From Balanoglossus misakiensis (lineage: Eukaryota > Animalia > Hemichordata), in assembly GCA_040954595.2 (NCBI GenBank), contig CM082587.2:6065705-6129704 (forward strand): a stretch of DNA of 64,000 nt, written 5' to 3'. Of the stretch, positions 15,001-27,190 are shown piece after piece. Positions within the stretch are counted from its first letter, which is position 1. Each line of letters starts with the position of its first letter. The position numbers and the translations under genes were made by a program. A model generated the notes under the pieces. It was not told the DNA's origin, did not search any database, and saw only the letters and a list, made by a program, of their open reading frames with translations.

Positions 15001-17559
15001 GCATTGTATACCCAAAGTGCCGCGTCGACCAGTTATCTAGATCAGTGACACGAAAATCGCCATATTAATTGTACCTCCCGTCGACCTTGCCTCCTCCGGT
15101 CTTTGGCAGTTGACACATGAATTATTTGCACGCGGCTGTCTGTTGCGTGCAAGTCCACTCCGTACGTCATCATGCATGGTGTCAAGTGGCTGTCTGGCAA
15201 TATTTCGTTAGTGTTTGCTCGTATTAATCAGGCTAATGGTTGGTACTCGAATCCGACTCCAGACAAGGAAGGAAGGTCTGAGCTGGGCCTGTCGTTGGAA
15301 TTCTCAAGCCTCTATGTTTTATTTGAATCGTTGGAGGTGGTGGCCGGTACGTGAAAGACTATTTTAAAGAAGTTACCTTTTATATGTGATGTACACTGTA
15401 ATGGATACTCGCGTCCCTGGTCACATCAATGCATTAAGAGATACTCAACATATCCATAGGAGAATTACCAGTTCTGCGAAAAAGACAAGATTTGTATATA
15501 TATATTAGTATTCCAGGAAACGGAGTTAAAATATGAAATAGTCTTCAGAGGGTAAAATTCATCCGTTCTTTTCAGTCATTCAAAAGCTCTATCATTTTAA
15601 TATCTAGTGAGGCGCCACTCGCTTTAATTGAAGTTTAGATTTTTGTCATTTCATTTCACTGTGCTCTCTTTTGTTGTAAAATAGCAATAGTCGCATTAAT
15701 GTTTTAGTTTGTATGCATGTACGGTGTAAATAACTACTACTCGACAATGTGTAAGAAGGGGCATCTTCAGTGGGCTATATTGTTCACGGTGCAAAGCCTT
15801 ACTCTGGTGGGAATGTATTTTCATGATTGAGTGAAAAGGCGGATGGTGTGGGGTGATATTTTAATGATATCGGTGAAATTGTTTTTGGATAAAGGAAAGG
15901 GTTGCAGGCAGGATAATCCTGCGAGTGATCCATCGTTCTATCCGCCATCTTTATATTTTGATTTGGAACATCCGTGGAGTGGTGGTTGTGGACTTGGCGC
16001 GCTGGTCTTGAAAATGATGGCGCGATATGTCTGGATTCGAATCCTGTAGGCCTACACATCGATTTGATTCAAAGTGTAGGATATACGATTCCTATCCGTT
16101 CCACGCTCTACGGATAATGAGCGAATACCCCGTATCAAGATAAGAGTATTTCCGACTCGGGGAGCGATGGCTCACTGTGATAGCGATTTCATGGCATCAA
16201 AATGAAAGTTCTTAAAACGGCAGGTTTATTCCACCTTCCCTGGATCAAGGGCCCTCTCTCTCTGAACTTCTTTATCTGAGATCTATTTGCGATTATGCAC
16301 GGCCAAGATATTCCTTCGATAGCAACTTGGGCACAATTGTACGTTGTAGCCGTGTCAAATTGCGCCTTTGTATTAAAGTTCACGTGCTCTTGGAGAGAAT
16401 TATAGAGAAGAGTTATGGATCCTCTTATCGGATCATGCAGCCAAAGTTCTATTAAATCCAGTATTACCGGGCCTTGCCTCTGAAGCACTGGAATCGGTTT
16501 CGGGGAAAGGGATCATCATCATCATCGCGCGTGATTCATTCGTTTTCCCCTCAAGAAATTAACCGTTCCTCCTTTAACGTGTACCGCCAAGGTCGATCGA
16601 GGGATAGGCAATTTGATATAGCGGCGGGTAGCTTGGACTTGACGGTAACCCATGATAATTCACATTTTGGATTGTTCGAAGTGTTTCATTTAACGAAGAT
16701 GGGAGTATTGTATTGTTATTTATTTTCGTCTGTATACCTTCATGAATGGATTTTCGTAATCGTAATCGCTTGATCCTATGCAAATGCATGCAAGACAGGT
16801 ACCCTGTAATTTGAAAGCCCATTTTGTAAAGGGGGGGGGAGGTTATACATAAGCACCTAAAATCTCCCTGCAAGTGCTGTTACTTATCAATATTTAATTT
16901 ATCATACTGCTCTTGTCGCACTGCACGTCTCCTTATCCCCTTCTTTTGCACATCGCCGATTTTATTCGAGTCCTTGATAAATCTTCTTAACTCATCGTAT
17001 TTGTGAAATCACGGAGTCTCGTGTGCGAATACCGCGCCCACAGGGCGGCGCGCTGAAAATTTTATAGACAGCCAGCACAGCCTAAATAATCGATACAGTT
17101 TATATTACATGTTTTCCACTCTTGAGATCTGATTATTTATATATTGCTTTTGCTATGAGACTGATCTTTAATATATTTGGACTCGGAGATTTCTGTCATT
17201 TTTTTCTTCGTTTTGACCCCCCCCAAATAAATGAACTGGCGTGTCCCTTAGTCGATACAGTTTGTAAGTGAAGTGTCTGCCAGCATTTGGATCCCGCTTA
17301 GAACTGCTATTACGATAACAAAACTCCCTGCAATTCTAAGAAAGCCGCGTCTTTGTGGCGGATGATACTCAGGACATACGCGCATATTTCTTTTGAGTCG
17401 TCCGTTGGCCTCAGGGCCCACTGTCTCCGTCTACGAGTACTTTTGTACAAATGTGTGCCAATGTGAACCTTGAGTGTTATAATAGACCGCCATCATTGCA
17501 GCTACAAAGGTTCTCTGAGAAACTAGAGTAAGTGAGAGAGCCAGCAAGTAAGTTAGGAA

Positions 17560-17684
17560 GTGAGTGAGTGAGTGAGTGAGTGAGTGAGTGAGTGAGTGAG
17601 TGAGTGAGTGAGTGAGTGAGTGAGTGACTAAGTGAGTGAGTGAGTGAGTGAGTGAGTGAGTGAGTGAGTGAGTGAGTGAGTGAG
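17560..17684. repeat. (GTGA)n tetranucleotide microsatellite
   Basis: About 30 GTGA units with one interruption (gactaa). Confidence 0.97.
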
Positions 17685-17803
17685 TAAGTTTTAATATGCC
17701 GCCAGTGAAATTTTGACTCTTTCTCACACAGTCCGACATATCCAGCGTCAGATCATCGTCGCAAAATACGACCTCTTTACGGCAACAGTTTCAGAGTAAA
17801 AGT

Positions 17804-18096
17804 TAGTCTCGGTTACCCAGACGCCTTTGCTCTTCCGATGCTCTCCAGATGCACTTTTGTGAGTCAACAGGTTCCGGCTGCACATCCGCTCCCAACACAA
17901 GACAGTGTCACATTAACAGTGTCTCTTCCACAATGAGAAATGGAAAGTTAGGAAGTAGTTGCAACAACAATGTATTTATGGTATAAATTATTCAACTCAA
18001 GTGCCTTTTTAGACATACTGTAGATCTACAACAAAAATGTTGACCTTTTAGATAGAGAGCATCGGAAGAGCAAAGGCGTCTGGGTAACCGAGACTA
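17804..18096. mobile_element. Non-autonomous DNA transposon (MITE), 42-bp perfect TIRs with TAG...CTA ends and 9-bp TSD; Academ(H)-like, MULE not excluded
   Basis: tagtctcggttacccagacgcctttgctcttccgatgctctc (17804-17845) is the reverse complement of 18055-18096. agtaaaagt flanks both ends (17795-17803 and 18097-18105). No internal ORF. Confidence 0.9.
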
Positions 18097-21000
18097 AGTA
18101 AAAGTCGAATGTGTTGTAACGTTGGCACATGCGCAACACGTCCCGAGGTGGGTTTAGTTTGACGACCTCTTGTCAAATATGTGCAGATACTATAGCTAGG
18201 CGCGGAACGCGGAAGCCCAACGGCGCTAGGACAAACACGTATGCGACATTCGCATTGATGCGGGTTAACTGATTTACAGGTCAGAGGGACCGCAATCGTC
18301 GATTGAATTAATATGAGATTTTACTAACGTCAAAATTGGCGTACTTTGACACTGGAGTTCCCGCAGTGAACAATGGAAAAAATAACTTTGAATAGGACCT
18401 AACTGGTATAATTTGAAGTCTTTTTAGTTACACACCAAGATTTTAAATTTTGTCGGATTGCTCCACAGAAAAAAGGTCGATCAAATCATATTTATGTTTC
18501 TTCACCATACAGACAATTCCAGCACATAGTCTCCCAAGCGTCCCTCCTATCCCTACTACCGCTCACCCGAATATCAAATGGTTCGCCCTGATTTGATTTT
18601 ATCGCGTGCACGAGTACGAGTGACGTAAGGATGAAATTGATCTCTGTTCATTTTTTGTGGAAAAGACGCCGTTCGTTAAAAAAATCTATCGAAGGAGCAG
18701 TTCGCGTTGACTTTGATTACCATTACCTCAGCCCACGCGTCTGGGCCGATCTCCTCGACCTCGCCTGTGGAAGCAAGTCGTGACGTAATCTGAATAATTA
18801 TCGATATGGCGAGAATGGCGGCGGGCGTTTGACATGGCATTTTCTTTGATTAATATCCGCTGCGAAATACAAGGGCAATGGCGTAGGTATACGTGCTCTT
18901 TAACACGGTACAGTCGGCAAGGACACACATAAACAACGCAGTTACGCACCGCTGTCCATAAAATCAATGTGAAAGTCTTCTCAGCCCCTATTGTCGAACC
19001 CCCTATTTTATTTCGGTTTCCAAGGCAACGATTAACAAAATAGCTGTCTTTCACTGCAACTGATATCCATGGCAACACTCAACACCTTCATGACCGTTTA
19101 ACGAAACCGTCGCTTCCGTCGCGTCGAGAGGTTCGCTTACTAACGACGCCGGGAAAAAAAAAGATCAGTCCGTCAATCGCGCGTTATTCATGTTATATGA
19201 TACAAACGGGAGAAGAGTCTGGCGTTGCATTCAGGCGCGGAATGCATAATACACGATCAAGTTACTGGAACGTCACCAGCAAAGCAGACAACGACCCTGC
19301 CCTTAATCGACCCAACCGCCCGGACCGGCGGTCTTTTGCGTCTTTCATATTGCATAACATGAAAACATTACTGCCGTCATTTCCAACATGGATCGACGGG
19401 GTGTCTGACCTTCTGACCCGGGCCACCTAGCCAAGTGACGCTTTGATTGATCGGGAGCTGTTGTCAACTCGGGACCATGGGGACTGTTGTGTAGCAGTGT
19501 ACATGTACTAGTACAACTTACACAAGAAACGCCGACCATTAACCGATTCAAGAGCCGACGCGGTTCGAAGTACGGCCAGGCCGCCACGTACCAGAATAGC
19601 AACCGCGGTATTCGCGCTTGCACTTACGAGAATGTTCATCGCAGAAAACACACCGTAAAAGAAAGCTAAATCCGAGTCACTATAAAATTAAATGCGGGTT
19701 CGGCAATCAAGTAGACGCGAGTATTTGGCAATTTGCACACTTGTTGGCGAACGAGATACATTTGCTGGCCAAAGTTAGTGCTGTTAAACACTAGAGAAAT
19801 TGACAATGCCAAGTCTGTATAAAAAAGGGGACTCCAGTGCATGCAATAATACGCGCAACAGAACGCCCTCAACGTCCTGATGAGTTTTACTTGCATTAAT
19901 CAAAAGAGAGAAACAATTGAAAAGCATGTTTTTGTAACATTATAGAATTCAAAGTGGACTGACTAGATTTGTTCAGCGATATGCTTGAGACATTTTTCGT
20001 TCGAACGTAAAAATCAACAAAAAAACTGCGAACGGCTTCGTACTATGGGCTGTTATCTTAGAATGCGGTGACAGAAGTCTTGACGTTGATAGTGTATGAG
20101 CGCAACGGAGCGTTTGAGATTTTTGAATACACTTCAAGTTGAACGCGCGAGACACTGAGGCGTATCCAAAACCTTCTAATAGCCATGTGGTGGCACATTT
20201 TTGTTAAATCACCAGAGGAAAAAATCCGTGATTGATTGCATCTAAAATGTCCATGGTAGCTGTGGGTAAATTTGCATAAGTGAACGTATATGTGCGTTTT
20301 ATCGCCTGGTTTTCAAGTCGGCCACACGATTGACAAGGCTGACAGGTGGGCAGTTAATTCCCGGCGCGGAATTTGCAGAAAAGGGAAAGGTTTACACAAC
20401 GTATCAACCCTCAGGTTGCATCATTTTGCTGGCAACCTAGTTTGCTTAGACCTGTCTGGTTCCCTGACCCAGTATATGCAGCTGCGCGTGGTATATGGGT
20501 CAAGGGTCCGGAGACCAGTTTGGTTCCCCCGCCTTATTTTGGCCGCTGGCTGCGCTGTTTCGCGCGCAAAGCCGACTCTGTCGAGGGTTCGTTCGCTACC
20601 TGATTATATCAGGCCGGCCTGGTATACCGCCGTTATTATTGCAAAATTTCACTTTTTTCGACTGTAGGCCTGCTTATATTTCTTTAATATTTTGGTCATT
20701 TTTCATAAATAAGTGTTATATCTTGATTTGCTATCAGGCATTACATGCCTTCATGCCCACAAACAAGTGAATGACCGTTTGCGAGGATACATTTATATGA
20801 TACTGACCAGCCAGTGCTATTACCCAAAGACATTAATGGTCAGAGTTGGCCTCAAGAAAATTAATATAACCCACCTTGTAGTCACTTATCTTGTCTTTCA
20901 GTTTACCACAGCCCGCCATCTTTGTTGTCATCGAAAAGAAATATTTTCCTCGCCGGTGCTTTCCCTCTTTACCACACTCCAATTCTATTGTTGTGACAAA

Positions 21001-22509
21001 ACAATATTCAAATAAGGAACCGTAACGCTGCATGGTACATGTACTAGAGCGTGGACGGGTCCGCTCATTTGCATAATAGAATCTGACCACCTGGATATTA
21101 CAATTGTACACCGTAAGAATTGCTCGCTCGCAATCAAATATGAATCTCAACTGACCAACGATCAGAAAGTTGTACTCTTAAAATAAAAGAAACATAAGAA
21201 GTATGATAACAGTAAAGCTCTTACTATGATGCATGTAATTCAGGTGGTGGTCGGACATACCTCTGAAATAAACCGTGAACTTACAGAAACGGTGCCTGCC
21301 GTCCTCGACATGGTGAGAAAGCGCTGTCAGTCAATGATGCACGGCGAGTGGGTACCTTTCACGGTAGATGATATGGCGAGTAACGCAGTGGTCGGCTGCT
21401 TGCTTGAAATTCGAACAGGATATACAGGCACGCTAACAACAGTAGTCTGGCCGGATGTCTTAACGGAACAGTTCTGCAAATGGCCATGTCTACTGAGGGC
21501 TGGCTGTGAGTTGACTGGCCCAACGACTCGACAGGCATTGTACACCGGACAGACTTGGACTAGGAGCGCCGGGTAGAATGTTGACACCGCACAGTGACAC
21601 GTGCACGGGTAGAAGTGTGTTGACTCAGAACGTGGGTAGGAAACGGTCACGGTTCCTTTTTTCTGTCTCCAGAGCAACAGTGAATTCTCTGGGAATAAAG
21701 CTCGCAGGTAAGTCGAAGATATTTCAACGTCAGGAGAGGGTAAGCACTTGCTTGCAATATGCAGATTAAAATGACCTGTCGCAAAGAAACACGTGTTCAT
21801 TGCTATAACATGCAAATAATGTTAATTGGCCAAAACATCTGCCATTCACCCATTACTACTCAGTATTCAAATAAACTGTCCAATAATGTCCTGACAAGCA
21901 CCTCTACCCATGGCTACTTATATATTATGTGTACTGCGGGTAGGTCTACACTTCATGGTCCCATCTCATGCAAATAGTGGGGAGAGTGTCCAAACTCTTT
22001 GATAGCGTTTGCTCCTCTACGCGTTGTTCGTCCACGTGTGTCAATCGTATTTCGCGAGGAGAACAGAACGTTCTAACCTTGTTCCAACCTTCTCCGATCC
22101 GTTCCATCACGCTTGCGCGACCGAGGCTCCCAAATGTCTGGCGGCTTTGGAACATTGTCGGTTTGAAACTTTTCTCCGGGACAAATTTTCATCCGTATGA
22201 GCTAAACCTCTGGGACGCATGGAGATACGGTGGAGATCATCCGATTCCTATCGCCACGGAGTCGGTAGAAATCTTCTGAAAGTTTTTCGAATGTTCTCCA
22301 CCAGAAGACCGAAAGTACACAGGCGAACGCAAAAGTTTGTGTATATACAGTTTCCATGGTAGCAACTCGCTTGGAACTTGCCGTCCATGTTCTTGCATTC
22401 GACGATGTGTTGGTTTTTTTCTGGATAAAAGTTGCGATCTTTGTGCCGTGGATGGTTGTTTTAGTTGTTGAGGGAACATTTTCTCGGATGTAACAACAGT
22501 TTCGGACCA

Positions 22510-24474
22510 ATGACGAGCGCGGCAAATGAAGACGATCGAGAGTGGGAGGACCAGGCACCACCAAATTTCAAATGTCACTCGAACGCCAGTAACATCGTCG
22601 ATTTCAAGGCCTTGAAAGCGCATCAGTTTTGGGCCGAAAAGTGCTGTTTTTCGCCCAAATCGTATCTGTTGGCTACTTGTTCCGGTGATATGTCCGTGCG
22701 GTTGTGGAAAGTGGCAGACGACAACTTTATAGCGGAAGGAACGCTGTTACATTTCGCCACCGTGTGGTGCTGCGATTTCAACGCCAGCGAAACCCACCTG
22801 TGTACGTGCTGCAGCGATGGCGGCCTTTACATCTGGAACCTTTCCACCAAGAAGTGCGAGCAGACTTTCCACGGAAACCTCGGCTCGCTGTTCAGCTGCA
22901 AGTTCTCCCCCGACGGTCGCCTCGTCGCTGCCGCCGGAATCGAGAAGCTCATCAAACTTTGGGACCCGGAACTGGAAATGTGCCGCGTTCTCCGCGGGCA
23001 CAGAAATGTTGTTGACGACATCGCTTTCGCGCCCTGTGGGAAGGTTCTCGCGTCGGTGTCCAAGGACAGGACGTGTCGGCTGTGGTTTCTGGCGGGAAAG
23101 TACGTCAAGTCGAAAATTCTGAGAGGCCATCGCCACTGGATAACGTCATGCGAGTTTTCCAGTAGCGGCCACCTGTTGGCGACAACATCGATGGATGGAA
23201 CGGTGAGGCTCTGGGATGTGGCCGGAATGAATTTCAAACTCCTTCACGTTTTGTCTGGACATACTTGCATCGTATGGAGCAGCAGCTTTTTTCGAGTTGG
23301 CGGAAATGACGTACTTGTATCTTGTGCAAGCGATAGGTCGCTCAGGTGAGTTAGATGAAAAGTTGTTAGGCCTCCATCTCATGCATTCCAAATTCACTGT
23401 TCCTCGACATGTCGTTGTCATGAAGATTATAGACCATACAGTAGGCCTAAGCTTATAATATGGTAGTCAGTTTTGGCCAAAAATTTTGGGGAAAAAATAC
23501 AGACAAATGACCAGAATGGCATCAATATTTACCCAAGGAAACGCCACTTTAAACGAAATATTTTGGCATCAAATTACTAAGTATGTTTCTTCTTTGAATG
23601 ATGCAGATTTTGGAGTGTTGAGGCGGGAAAACAGATGCACTGTGAACGAGAGATCGGAGCCGAGCAGCTGAACGACAACCGCGGCAACCAGTTGCTCAGC
23701 TGCGCCGCCAGCCATGACTCCAAGTACGTGGCGCTGTGTGACTACGAGGGAAGGCTTTTTCTTGGGAACCTGGAAGCAACTTGGAGAATTTTCTTCGGTA
23801 GTGGCACAGACGGAAACATCCAAAGCGACCGACATCAAAATGATATAAATGCCAGCGCATCTGACGGTAAGGCAGAGATTCTGGACGGAAAAATCAGCGC
23901 GAACGATAAACCTACCGATCCGGAGGGAAATGGCGCTGAAGACTTTGAAATGGAGCATGATGGGAAATCAAAACTGACCGGCCGATCGGATGCTGGCATG
24001 GGGAATTGTGGCGGGAAAACTAGCGACAAAAAACAGAATGGCACTGACGAAACGGAAAAGGATTTCAAAACCAGGGAATGCGAACAAGACTGTACAGAAG
24101 ATACTGAAATGGAACACGATGGAAATGGTGTCGTGCACGAACTACTCTGTCCTGGAGACGTTGTCATGGAGATTGATGGCAAAATTAGTGATGAACGTGG
24201 CAACGAAGACGCTGAATCGGTGAAAGGCGGCAACAATTTCAAAGAGCTAAACTGCACGGCAGATATGGAAACAGAGACTAGTGGAAAAACCATTGCGAGT
24301 GACAATAACGTCGAGGATGTTCAAACTGGCCACGTGGATATTGAAATGGAGAAAGACGGAAATTCCAACGATGACGTCGAACAAAATGGTCGGGATGATT
24401 TTCAAATGGAGAGAGGCCGAATAGCCAAGATGGATTCACAATACAGCGCTGAATTAATGGAAACTGAAATGTAA
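22510..24474 (+). CDS. WD40-repeat (beta-propeller) protein with long acidic low-complexity C-terminal tail; 2 coding exons
   Basis: Exons 22510-23345 and 23607-24474, joined across a phase-2 intron (AG|gtgag ... tgcag|A) to give SDRSLR-FWSVE, which completes a WD repeat. Multiple GH...WD-type repeats (e.g. LRGHRHWITSCEFSSSGHLLATTSMDGTVRLWD). Orthology not assignable by eye. Confidence 0.88.
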
Positions 24475-25270
24475 TAGATGGTTTACATACTTTTGTATAA
24501 AAATTATCAATGAAAAACTAACGCCAGGAAATTTAAAAAGACAATTTTGATTTTTTTTTCACTTGAACATAAATGTATTGTTGACACTTAGGTCATTCCC
24601 ACTGAGTACATTAAAAGTATTGAAAAGAATTAATCTGACAAAACTTGCAGAATATTTTTAGTATTTTCCCCAAATACAATGTACAGTAGTAGATCATTAC
24701 CCAAGTCTACCATCACAGTGGAAAATAAATAGCCAAGCTGTAACATACTTGATACATACTGTGTATCCTAAAAATAATGGACTTCTTAGAATAATCTCAA
24801 GATGTCTTATTTTGGTGGATTCAGAACTGAAAAGAAAAAGGCCAGGTTTATCAATTTAAAGAAGAAAATTGCACAAGACAATTTGCTGGTTAGCCTTTGA
24901 TAAGAAGAAAATATGCCTTTGGTGCCTGTGGTAAAACTTAAATGCCTTGTCATCACTGGAGAAGTATTTATATGTAAAATTCCACGAAACATTTACATGT
25001 TATTCAAAAATATATAAAGTACTGGAACAGGAATCTATTTCTGAGAATACTGTTTATGGAGGCTTTCAAAAATGTGGCTGAGGTCAGTTTGACATCTCAA
25101 GGTACGAAAAAGTCATTTTCTGTAAATCATAAATCTAGAGGTAGAGATTCTTTACAGGCAAAACAGAAAAAAAGGCGCCAATAGGTAACAAAACATAGGT
25201 TAGCCCATTAAGTTTAGCTTCCTCTTGCTGACCCTCAATATTTACAAGTCCCAACACACAACATTCATGG

Positions 25271-27190
25271 CTATCTTTGCAAGAGGGAGATTATTTCCTT
25301 ATTGTTTGTATTTTCAGACGGAAGACATCCATCGTTGTCCTTTAATGTTGGATTGGCACCCTTCTGCAGCAGCAGTTGTATAACTGGAATGAACTCACAT
25401 GTGACAGCTAAAAGAAAAGGAGAAGATCTGGTTTTTAGTTGGAGTTCAAGAGAAAAATAAAACACACAAAATACTTCACCCAGAAATTTAACCCAATCGC
25501 ATATTATTTTAGCCAAGTACTTTAAAGCAATCAATTGTTTCATGGAATCACTGAAGGAAGAATTTTTGGACCAAAAGGATTTACTATCGCATACTTTCTA
25601 TGAAGGCTATGTGCAAAGCACTGTGTGGTAGGGTTACCTACTGTGTTGTTCACGAATGAAAAGATCACTGAGAAAGAAAATAAAGTCCAGAAACAAATAG
25701 ATATGATTTATGAAAAGACAAACCAATAGAATAAAAATAAAATAACAAAAACGTGCCCCTTACCATAATGTAGAGGCGTAAGACCGTCTTCATCTCTTGC
25801 GTTGATATCACAGTCACATTCCAACAGCACCTCTACAATATCCCTGTGTCCCCTGTCACAGGCCCAGTGGAGTAGTGACAAGCCCTGTGTATCATATGTA
25901 AAAGGCTGGTGAATCTCTCATGAAGACAACAAACACAAAATAAATATCAATTAGATCAGCTCCAGAGTTTGTATTAACCCCCCTCCTCCTAGTTTCCTCT
26001 TTAGAGGTCCAACCTTGCCATAGAAAACAATGGGTTTGGACTGGACCATGGCGGTGAAAGGGTTAATATTCACAAAACCAACCTGCTCGTCTGATTTATT
26101 GACAAGGCCGTTGTCACTGCTTTGTAAGATGACCTTCACTTTGGACACACTGCCTTCCTTGACCCAGTCAAATATAGTCTTCTGGTCGTCACTGCAGCAG
26201 GAATACGAGAATTACAAAATTTTTAAATATCTACAGTCGGAACAATAGGTCAGACGATCACAAGATTTAAGACCCCCCTAGCTGAAAAAGTAGCATAGCC
26301 ACCCTGTTTTCTCTCTATATTTGTAATTCATTGATATATTCATGTTTATAAAAATCAGGAAAATGAAAAGGAGTCATCTACCTTAATTCTTCCTCCTCCT
26401 CTCTCCGCATCACACTGACGGCCACGCCCATGCCGGTTCCACCACTGCTCTCTTCCGCCCTCCGACGACCTTCCTCGCTGAGGTCGGGCGACCAGGAGGG
26501 ATCGGCCTGCAGCAGCTCATTAATGTATTCCAACATGGCTTGCTGCATGCTCATGTCGCCCAGTTTCTTCCACGCATCCCTTCAGTGGAAGAGAATGATT
26601 TTAACACCCATATGCACATGCACTTGTGTATATCTCAGTTTCTGTCTTTGGATAATGTCATATCTTTGGAGGCAAGCAATGAGCAATTGGAGAGGTCAAT
26701 CTCAATTAAAAGCCTATTTCTTTTGTTATGGACAAAATCACAATCCTATTCATGATAAAACATTAACAACCAATTTCTGTACTTTCACTCACCATTTCTG
26801 CTTGCCTTCAAAATCAAAGAATCCAGGTCTACTGGTATTACAGGGACCTGTTTTTGCCTGAGAAATAAGATGGTTATAAGTGATTGTTTTATAAGGATCA
26901 GGACCAAAAGCACCTACATGTACACCATCAATCACCACCACCACCACTCATTTCCTACAACTCTGTGTTTGACAAGCTATAGGTTGTAGGGTGTCACACT
27001 CATCCAGACTTGCCTTCCGAAGTTCTGTTATTCACTCGCAAAATACCTGCTTGAATCTTGCATAAAACCGCAACAACTGGTCATTCCCTAATCTTCCCGC
27101 ATTCTTCCTCACATGCGCCGTCGCTTGCTCGAAGCGGGCTTCCAGTTCGTCCTCATCGGCTTCGTAGTCTAGATCTGCATCTTCTAGCAT
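25271..27190 (-). CDS. ACBD6: Acyl-CoA-binding domain-containing protein 6 (ACB domain + ankyrin repeats), ~257 aa, 6 exons
   Basis: Exons 27190-27047, 26857-26793, 26579-26382, 26191-26083, 25884-25764, 25407-25271, all GT-AG and in frame. ACB motif LLRFYARFKQAKTGPCNTSRPGFFDFEGKQKWDAWKKLGDMS; ankyrin repeats GLSLLHWACDRGH and GLTPLHYAVTCE. Confidence 0.93.
25978..26062. mobile_element. Short piggyBac-like MITE (TTAA TSD, CCC...GGG ends) in an ACBD6 intron
   Basis: ttaa|ccc...aaaggg|ttaa. The internal sequence (gaggtccaac.ttgccatagaa..caatgg.tttggac...accatgg.ggt) is shared with the copy at 33278-33364. Confidence 0.65.

Noticed and set aside
17431-17739. 102-aa ORF with THSL repeats
   Set aside because: Translation of the (GTGA)n microsatellite, not a gene.
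21226-21815. Overlapping 116-aa (+) and 162-aa (-) ORFs
   Set aside because: No domain similarity or codon bias recognised; treated as non-coding.
22704-24305. Antisense and alternative-frame ORFs over the WD40 exons (similar ones overlap BAG6 and the CAP genes)
   Set aside because: Shadow ORFs caused by GC-rich codon usage in the real exons.
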